Source of the DNA: Pirellulales bacterium
GTDB taxonomy: Bacteria > Planctomycetota > Planctomycetia > Pirellulales > PALSA-1355
Length of the DNA stretch: 64,000 bases
Reading direction: 5' to 3'
NCBI GenBank assembly: GCA_963733035.1
Contig: CAVTBU010000010.1
Coordinates: forward strand, 32,001-96,000
Part shown: piece by piece, positions 57,503-64,000 of the stretch
Numbering within the stretch: the first letter of the stretch is position 1
Layout: each line of letters begins with the position of its first letter
The notes under the pieces: model-generated
What the model saw: the letters and a program-made list of their open reading frames with translations, nothing else
Databases searched by the model: none
Told to the model about the DNA's origin: nothing
Program-made: the position numbers and the translations under genes

Positions 57503-58777
57503 TCAGGCGGCGGCCGAATGCTCCGCGGTGTGGGGTGCTGACGTGGCCGTGGGTGCGGGGGGCACGAAATGCGGCGTAGGCACCGGCGCCGGTCGTCGGG
57601 CGAGCTCGGCCAAGATATGTCGTGCCGCGGCCTGCGTGGCGCCGCCATGAGCTACTTCGGTTTTGAGCCTGGCGAGTCGCTCGACGAGCGCCTGGCGCTT
57701 GGGACGATCGGTCAGCCACTCAACGACGTGCGCGGCCAATTGCCGAGACTTGTCCTCGCAGGTCACGTACTCTGGAAACAACACCTCGGCGTTTTCGCCT
57801 GCATCGGGATCATAGGTCGTGGCGTCACCGTCGAACGCATCCTCGGCCGAGAGCAGATTGACCAGCGTGATGTACTTCACGCGGCGGTAGCGACGTTGCA
57901 GGGCGTACCCCAGCGGCGAAATCCAATACAGGATCGCCGTTGGCTTGCATTGGTAGAGCAGCTCCAGCGAAACCGAGCCCGAGACGGCCAGGCAACAGTC
58001 GGCCAGGCGAATCAGCTCTGGAGTCCGTTTGACAAATACCGGAATCTCGAGCCCGCTGGCGGCCACGGCAGCCCGCGCCATTTCGGCCTGGTGCGGTTTG
58101 AAGGCCGCAATCGCGAAGCGCACCGTTGGCACCTGCGCTTGGATCAGCCTGGCGGCCTGCAAAAAATGCCTGAGGTTGTGCTCGACTTCCTGCGTTCGCG
58201 AGCCTGGCAGAATCGCGACCAGCGGCCGCTGAGGATCTTGCCGCGCGGCCAAGAATTCCGCGTCGAACTGCTGTCGGCGGACTTCGTCGAAATAGGGGTG
58301 GCCGACAAACGTGGCGTTGGCGCCGCGCTCGGCATACCAACGGGCTTCGAACGGCAGGCTGCAAAGCACGTGATCGACAAACTTGCGCACCTTGCGAATT
58401 CGCCAGGAGGCCCAGGCCCAGATTTGCGGCGGCGCGAAATAGAATACGGGAATGCCGTGCGCCTTGGCCCGCCGCGCGATCCACCAATTGAAGCCGGGAT
58501 AGTCGACGAGCACGACCGCGTCGGGGCGTTGATGGCGGAAGTAGCGGTCGGCCCGGCCGGCCAAGGCCAAGAACTTATGGATGTTAAGAATCACCCGCAA
58601 GATCCACATCACGGCCAGGGCCGTCAGGTCGGTGTGCAACTTGCACCCGGCGGCGGCCATTTCTGGTCCACCGTAGCCGACCGCTTCGATGCCCGGGTCG
58701 AGCTCGCGCAGTCTGCGAATCAAATTTGCGCCGTGCAAATCGCCGCTGGGTTCGCCGGCCGAGAAAAAGATCTTCAT
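57503..58777 (-). CDS. lpxB: Lipid-A-disaccharide synthase
   Basis: SAGEPSGDLHG, VDYPGFN, PPQIWAW, LPFE, VGHP, LPGSR, SGSVSLE. Confidence 0.95.
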   Translation of the reverse strand: MKIFFSAGEPSGDLHGANLIRRLRELDPGIEAVGYGGPEMAAAGCKLHTDLTALAVMWILRVILNIHKFLALAGRADRYFRHQRPDAVVLVDYPGFNWWIARRAKAHGIPVFYFAPPQIWAWASWRIRKVRKFVDHVLCSLPFEARWYAERGANATFVGHPYFDEVRRQQFDAEFLAARQDPQRPLVAILPGSRTQEVEHNLRHFLQAARLIQAQVPTVRFAIAAFKPHQAEMARAAVAASGLEIPVFVKRTPELIRLADCCLAVSGSVSLELLYQCKPTAILYWISPLGYALQRRYRRVKYITLVNLLSAEDAFDGDATTYDPDAGENAEVLFPEYVTCEDKSRQLAAHVVEWLTDRPKRQALVERLARLKTEVAHGGATQAAARHILAELARRPAPVPTPHFVPPAPTATSAPHTAEHSAAA

Positions 58778-58849
58778 CGCGTGCTCGAGGTGCTCAACAG
58801 GGATGCCTTGCAGGAAAATCGTGCCGGTGAAGGTTTGCCGAGCCGTGGG

Positions 58850-59647
58850 TCACGCCGAATCGTGCGGTTTCTTTTCCACCGGATGAACGAACGGTTGCAC
58901 GAAGGGGCGCGGCTGCGCGACGTCCAGCCTGGGGGGCACCGAATCGGGCGTGGCGCCGCCGTCGTCGAAGTCGCGCGGCAGCTCGCTGGCCAGATGCGGT
59001 TCGAATCGCCGCGCGAACCACCAGGCTGCCAGTCGATCGACGATGCCGGCGTGATAGGTGGTTCCCTGCGGCAACAGTCCATCGGCCAGGGTGACGCGGC
59101 ACACACGCTGACCGCGCCGCGCCATCAAAGCTTCAAAACAGCGGAACGATCCGGGCGCGAGCGACATTCCCTGGACCGCCGGACGCTTGGCAGCCCACAG
59201 CAGTTCTTCGCCGGCATGCAACCGCGACGAGCCGGTCAGCAAGCGAACCCACCGCAGCAGACATTGCCAGGTATCATGGATGAGCGTGCCTTGCCGACTG
59301 GTTACGGCCACGTCGTAGCGCGACAGCCGGGAGAGAAGCTGAGAGACGAGTGGCTGGTGTTCGCGAGGCCCCATCGCCATCACGATTCTGCCTCTGGCCG
59401 CCGCCATTCCCGCGGTAAGAGCGGCCGCCAGGCCTCGCGGCTCGTCGAACCGCAAGATTCGCAGATGCGCATCGCGCCGCAACAACTCTTGCAGGCGCTC
59501 GATAGCTGGCTGCGATGATGCGTCGTCGATGCAGATAATCTCGTAGGGCAGAAGCAGGTCGTCGAGCGTCTGGCAGAGTTGCGGCAATCGTTGGCCGACG
59601 TCGTCGGCCGCGTCCCGCTGGGGGATTAAAACCGAGTAGTGAACCAT
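58850..59647 (-). CDS. Degenerate GT2 (ArnC/DPM1-like) glycosyltransferase
   Basis: YSVLIP, YEIICIDDAS, RGLAAALTAGMAAARG; the expected DxD is replaced by MAMGPR. Confidence 0.7.
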   Translation of the reverse strand: MVHYSVLIPQRDAADDVGQRLPQLCQTLDDLLLPYEIICIDDASSQPAIERLQELLRRDAHLRILRFDEPRGLAAALTAGMAAARGRIVMAMGPREHQPLVSQLLSRLSRYDVAVTSRQGTLIHDTWQCLLRWVRLLTGSSRLHAGEELLWAAKRPAVQGMSLAPGSFRCFEALMARRGQRVCRVTLADGLLPQGTTYHAGIVDRLAAWWFARRFEPHLASELPRDFDDGGATPDSVPPRLDVAQPRPFVQPFVHPVEKKPHDSA

Positions 59648-59855
59648 AATGCAGCCCTGCCACTCATTAGGGTGCCAAGTCCGTTGGCGAGTCGTGGCGC
59701 GACGGGGAGTATCCCAAATCCGTGCGGCGGTCGTAAAGTGCAGTTTTTGTGCCGCCCGCTGCTTTGTGTGAGGTGCAGGTGAAAGAAAAAATCGCTGAAA
59801 AGCGTGACGCATTGAGTGGAGGACAACAGGGCGGAACGAAGCAGGGCAAAGTCAC

Positions 59856-59892
59856 AAAAAAAGGGTCGGGAGTCTTGGCGACTCCCGACCCT
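59856..59892 (-). terminator. REP-like palindrome used as terminator, copy 2
   Basis: AGGGTCGGGAGTC-TTGGC-GACTCCCGACCCT, perfect 13-bp stem; A-run 59856-59862 is the U-tail for the upstream minus-strand gene. Confidence 0.75.
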
Positions 59893-59917
59893 GTCGGTAT
59901 TTCGGCACACTGGGTGC

Positions 59918-60355
59918 TTACTTTTCGGCGGTCTCGAAGCCCTTGCTGGTGTTCTTGAACAGCAAGCCAATCAGTTCGTCGCCTTCGACCTTCTTGGCCT
60001 TGGCCAAGCAGCCGCCACAGCAGAGCTTCACCTTGACGCCCTCAACGGAGACGACTTTGTCGTCGGCCATCGGACGGCCCGTCAATGGGCACTTGACCTG
60101 CTTCAGTTGACCGCTTTGCACCAATTGCAGGTTGGCTTTGGCGGCAAACTTCTCAGGGTTGGCGTTGAAGGCCTTCGGGCAATTGGGACAGCAGAATTCC
60201 ACTTCGCCGCCATTGAACGCCACCTTGTGGTCGGCACTGGCGGGCTTTCCCGACACGGGGCACTTCAATTCGGCCTTTTCGTCGGCCGCTCGCAACGTAC
60301 TCACAGCAAACATCGATACGACCGCCAAGGCGGCCAACAGCATACGCGTCTTCAT
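59918..60355 (-). CDS. Secreted tandem YHS/TRASH-like metal-binding protein
   Basis: Signal peptide; two units CPVSG...FCCPNC...F.ANPEKF and CPLTG...LCCGGC; AGGAAAGGA RBS. Confidence 0.78.
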   Translation of the reverse strand: MKTRMLLAALAVVSMFAVSTLRAADEKAELKCPVSGKPASADHKVAFNGGEVEFCCPNCPKAFNANPEKFAAKANLQLVQSGQLKQVKCPLTGRPMADDKVVSVEGVKVKLCCGGCLAKAKKVEGDELIGLLFKNTSKGFETAEK

Positions 60356-60553
60356 AGAATCGTCCTTTCCTAACAGGAGAAGATAAGTTCAACCGCACGG
60401 TCTTGGCCAAATACGGCGCCGACAAGTTCGAGTCAAACGCGACAACTCAGCCAGAGACCGACAACCGATTTCGAAACGAAATTACCACAATAGAGCTGTC
60501 CCGATCTTGGACTGCGCCCGCAATTGCGGGGGCAAGAGCCGGGACGAGAAGCG

Positions 60554-61024
60554 TCAAACTGTCCAGCGACAGTAGATCTTGTGCAGGGCAATGTCGGGCG
60601 GTTCGACCTGATGAGTCACCCAGGCTCCCGCGACTGCGAGCTGCGAAGCGGTGCCGCAGAACCGGGCGACGGCAATCACGCTTGAATGCTTCTGGTGGGT
60701 TTCGACTTGGTCTTTGCCGGTGACGATGGCCGGCTCGAGGCTGATCGTCTTGCAACTACACGGGGCGTCAGTCGCGCGAGGCGACTCGTTGGCGACCGAG
60801 TCGGTCGTGGTCGTTTTTCCAGCTTCGGCACAGCAGGAACGTTGGGTTTCCTGACAGCAGGCCGGGAGCTCCTCGGTTTCGGTTCGAGGGCCGCAACAGC
60901 AACTTCCGCCGCCGGCGATCGCTCCGGTTTTGCAACAGCGGGGCATGGCGCCCAGCACGGGCGCGGCGATCAGGCTGACAGCCAGCAGCGCCACGCCAAA
61001 TTGCCGAACCAGTCGAGTGAGCAT
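60554..61024 (-). CDS. Secreted Cys-rich hypothetical protein
   Basis: Signal-like N-terminus; RCC, SCCC, ACC, SCC, CSC clusters; C-terminal EPPDIALHKIYCRWTV. Confidence 0.62.
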   Translation of the reverse strand: MLTRLVRQFGVALLAVSLIAAPVLGAMPRCCKTGAIAGGGSCCCGPRTETEELPACCQETQRSCCAEAGKTTTTDSVANESPRATDAPCSCKTISLEPAIVTGKDQVETHQKHSSVIAVARFCGTASQLAVAGAWVTHQVEPPDIALHKIYCRWTV

Positions 61025-61176
61025 ATGTGCGATTATTGCATTGTTGCCGGTGTGTTGAGCACAGCGGCAGTATTGTCGGCCAGTTTAACCCGCAAAGTCA
61101 AGCAACTTTGCCCTACCTGACGCGTTTGTTGGAAAAAGCCGCCACGTGGTTGTCCGGCCGGGGCCGCCCGGGGGCG

Positions 61177-61728
61177 TCAGCGTTTTGCGAGCAACAGCTC
61201 CAAGTAGCTGCGGCGCTCGCTGTTGCGCAATTCGAGCCGGGTTGCCAGCGCGGCCACGGTCGCCTGCGCTGACTGCATGTTACGTTCGTCGACCAGCAGT
61301 TCGAGTTCAACGAAATCCCCCAGGCCGTCAATGTGGTCGAGTGCCACGACAACCACGTGTCCTTGCCAGGGGAGCGATAGGTGACGGCGACGCTTGCGAA
61401 CTTCCATCACCCTTTGAAACGATAGCACTTCCAGCAGCGACGCTGCCTCGGCGGCTGAACGCTCGCCGTCGGGCAGGGCAATTTCGATCTCTCGGCGGGT
61501 CTTGCTCAGGGAGTCAAGCTTGGGACCCTTGTAGGTAATATAGTTGTGGGGCCCGACGCGGCGCAATCGCAGGGCTTCATCCGTGGCCGCAAAGTCGCGA
61601 AGCGGGTGAGCATAATAGCAGTCGACCTGCACCTGCTCGTCGCCGGCGGTGGCTCCCAATTCGACCAGCTTCTGTTCGAGGGCCGGCAGGTCGTTGACCG
61701 GGAATTTTTGTTCGACTTCGATGGCCAT
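61177..61728 (-). CDS. cyaB: Class IV adenylate cyclase / CYTH protein
   Basis: IEVEQK, Q.D.YY, DEALRLR, ITYKGPK, RREIE, LGDFVELE, RRSYLELL. Confidence 0.88.
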   Translation of the reverse strand: MAIEVEQKFPVNDLPALEQKLVELGATAGDEQVQVDCYYAHPLRDFAATDEALRLRRVGPHNYITYKGPKLDSLSKTRREIEIALPDGERSAAEAASLLEVLSFQRVMEVRKRRRHLSLPWQGHVVVVALDHIDGLGDFVELELLVDERNMQSAQATVAALATRLELRNSERRSYLELLLAKR

Positions 61729-61789
61729 GATGCCGCTCAGTTGTCGTTAGTGTTTCATTTGGCATGGCCCATTCTGCGAGACTCACCTG

Positions 61790-62425
61790 ATGGATGCAAC
61801 GGGCGAAGGTGCCACTCCCTCGGCTCGGCCGACAAGCTTTTGGGTCTCGCTGGCGGTGCTGGCGGCCGTGATTTTCGTTTACGTGTTGCTGATGACGAAT
61901 CGCGGCCGCACGCCGCAAGGCACGACCGGCCCGGCGATTGGCCGCGGCCTGGCGTATCTGCAACTCGAACCGCTCACGAGTGCCGACCCGGCCGTGACGC
62001 TCAAGGACTTGCAGGGGCGCGTTTCGCTGATCAACTTTTGGGGAACCTGGTGTCCTCCATGCATTCGCGAGCTGCCGCAGATCGTGGAACTGGCCGAGCG
62101 GTTTTCCGATCGCGAGGATTTTCGTCTCTACGCGGTGTCGTGCGGACAGGGGAGCGACGAGCAGCTCGATCCGCTGCGAGAGCAGACGGAAGCGTTTCTC
62201 GAGGCGCGTGGCACGAACCTGCCGACATATGCCGACCAGAATGCCGCTACCCGCCAGGCCATGACCATCAAGCTCGGCGTTTCGATAGCTTACCCGACAA
62301 CGCTTATCCTGGATCGCGCTGGAACGATTCGCGGCTTTTGGCAGGGTTATCAAGGACGTGCCGTCGACGAGATGGGAAGCGTTGTTGAACAACTGCTCGA
62401 CGAGAATTCGCAGGCCGCACGCTAA
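61790..62425 (+). CDS. TlpA-family membrane-anchored disulfide reductase
   Basis: N-terminal TM; LINFWGTWCPPCIRELP, YPTTLILDRAG. Confidence 0.9.
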   Translation: MDATGEGATPSARPTSFWVSLAVLAAVIFVYVLLMTNRGRTPQGTTGPAIGRGLAYLQLEPLTSADPAVTLKDLQGRVSLINFWGTWCPPCIRELPQIVELAERFSDREDFRLYAVSCGQGSDEQLDPLREQTEAFLEARGTNLPTYADQNAATRQAMTIKLGVSIAYPTTLILDRAGTIRGFWQGYQGRAVDEMGSVVEQLLDENSQAAR

Positions 62426-62440
62426 AACCTGCGCGTGCGG

Positions 62441-64000
62441 CTAGCCGGCGATGAGTCGGGCCTGCAGCTGTCGCGCGGCAGTTGCGGGATCCTGCGCCGC
62501 GGTGACGGCGCCGCTGACGGCGATTCGCGAGAAGCCGGCGTCGAGAACCTGGTCGACGTTTGCGGCCGTGATGCCGCCAATGGCAAATGCCGGTAAACGG
62601 ATCTCCGCGGCCACGGCGCGGAGGAGTTCTGGACCGGTGAACTCGGCGAATTGTTTCGTGTGCGAGGGGAACGTGGGGCCAACACCGATGTAGTCGGCGC
62701 CGTCCAGCACCGCGGCTCTGGCTTGTTCGAGCGAGTGGGTCGAGAGGCCGACGAGCCCGCGTGGCCCTAGAATTCGCCGTGCGTCCTTGACTGTGAGTTC
62801 GTCCTGGCCGACGTGAACGCCGTCGGCGCCAGCGAGCAGCGCCACGTCGGGACGATCGTTCATGATGAACAACGTCTCTGTGCCCGTGCTGATGTCGCGC
62901 AACAAGCGAGCTCGCTCAAGGAGTTGGCGATCCGCCAGATTCTTATCGCGGAGCTGGAGCACGGATACTCCCGCGCCGATGAGCGACTGAACTGTGCCGC
63001 GAAACGAATCGATCGATGGTCCGCCGTCAATCAGGACATAGAGCTGGGCGCCCGCCAGGCGCTCGATGCCGTGGTGCGTGGTGCCCGTGACTTTTTCGAG
63101 CGTGTAAACGCGATAGCGAAGTTGCTCGATCGTGGCGGCCGTTTCCGGTGACATGGTCTTGGAGAACTCTTCGAGGCTGCGGAGCGACTGTTCGACACGC
63201 TTGAAACTTGCCGACAAGACCGCGGCGAGATTGCTCCGTGTCTGTTCCGCCGGCAGGCTGACGCTGGTGCCGACGTCGGCCTGCGTTTCGCGAGCCGCAT
63301 GCCGCTCGCGATCTCCATAGATGCGGAGGGTGGCGGCGAGTTCATGTCGAATTGCTTTGCACAGCCGCGTCAGATGGCGATCGTCGAGATGAAAGCGGAG
63401 ATAGTCTTCAATGACCCGCAGGCCCTCTCCCGCCCGATTGGCGGCGGCATCCAGGATGCGCAGCGCCGCGATCTGTTCGCTGGGCCCGTTGGCCGCCGGC
63501 TCTTGCGCCGGTGTGTCGGTCGCAGCGACTCGTATCCACTCGCTTGGCGCCGCCGCGGTCGGTTCGATCGGGTCGACCAGTAGCGGTTCGTCTAGATCAT
63601 CGAGCGGCAGCGGGCCGGGTTGATGGCCTGATAAGCGGTGGACTTCCGCTTCGAGCGCATCCGAATAGAGACCGCAATCGGCCAACCACGAAGAAACGCG
63701 GTTCTCGGTGGCGACAAGTCCGAGCAACAGGTGTTCGGTGGCCAGTTCCAGCGGCCGGGGATAGTCCTCAAGGAGTCGTTCAGCCGCATCCAGACAGGCA
63801 TTCCACTCGTTCGAAAATGACCGGGCGTTGCAATCTCGAGGCGCCGACAGTTGTCGGAGCTTGGGAAACTGCCGGCGAACGGCCGCCTCGTCGATGTGAA
63901 AGCCAGCCAGCAGGAGCGCAGCGCGACACTCGGGCTCGGCCAACAAGCCGAGCAAGACCTCGGGCAGGCCCAGGTCGTCAGATTCGTCACAACTGATCCA
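62441..64000 (-). CDS. thiE: Thiamine-phosphate synthase with ClpN-like and ThiD2-like N-terminal domains; 5' end outside the window
   Basis: Frame open to 64000. LLGLLAE and TEHLLLGL (ClpN-like); RILDAAANRAGEGLRVIED...KRVEQSLRSLEEF...RYRVY; then QLRDK, MNDRPD, GVHVGQDE, STHS, YIGVGP.F...TK, AIGGI. Confidence 0.9.
   Translation of the reverse strand, partial: WISCDESDDLGLPEVLLGLLAEPECRAALLLAGFHIDEAAVRRQFPKLRQLSAPRDCNARSFSNEWNACLDAAERLLEDYPRPLELATEHLLLGLVATENRVSSWLADCGLYSDALEAEVHRLSGHQPGPLPLDDLDEPLLVDPIEPTAAAPSEWIRVAATDTPAQEPAANGPSEQIAALRILDAAANRAGEGLRVIEDYLRFHLDDRHLTRLCKAIRHELAATLRIYGDRERHAARETQADVGTSVSLPAEQTRSNLAAVLSASFKRVEQSLRSLEEFSKTMSPETAATIEQLRYRVYTLEKVTGTTHHGIERLAGAQLYVLIDGGPSIDSFRGTVQSLIGAGVSVLQLRDKNLADRQLLERARLLRDISTGTETLFIMNDRPDVALLAGADGVHVGQDELTVKDARRILGPRGLVGLSTHSLEQARAAVLDGADYIGVGPTFPSHTKQFAEFTGPELLRAVAAEIRLPAFAIGGITAANVDQVLDAGFSRIAVSGAVTAAQDPATAARQLQARLIAG

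Overview
GC-rich bacterial chromosomal window, most likely Planctomycetota (Pirellulales-like). That call is inferred from gene content: oversized SecA, PQQ-like beta-propeller, FHA-GAF sigma54 activator, PEP-CTERM protein, eukaryote-type UDP-GlcNAc pyrophosphorylase and ClpN-ThiD2-ThiE fusion. Content is mainly housekeeping: a complete nuoA-N operon with a Rex-like operator over its -35, secA, metK, waaA, lpxB, prc, yqgF/ruvX, mrp, thiE, cyaB, a fused 5-oxoprolinase, a PaaK-like ligase and several hydrolases. I recognised no rRNA, tRNA, CRISPR array, transposase or phage gene. Nine frameshifts in eight conserved genes, mostly at GCGC, look like read or assembly errors. The best leads are non-canonical: (1) a 24-aa Lys/Ala microprotein with its own RBS and terminator; (2) an SD-sequestering structured leader before metK; (3) a secreted Cys-rich ORF plus hairpin in front of a YHS-like metal-binding protein; (4) a degenerate PAS-AAA+-Fis regulator, pseudo-receiver and Mrp directly behind complex I. 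All annotation was by eye and from motif recall; no searches were run.
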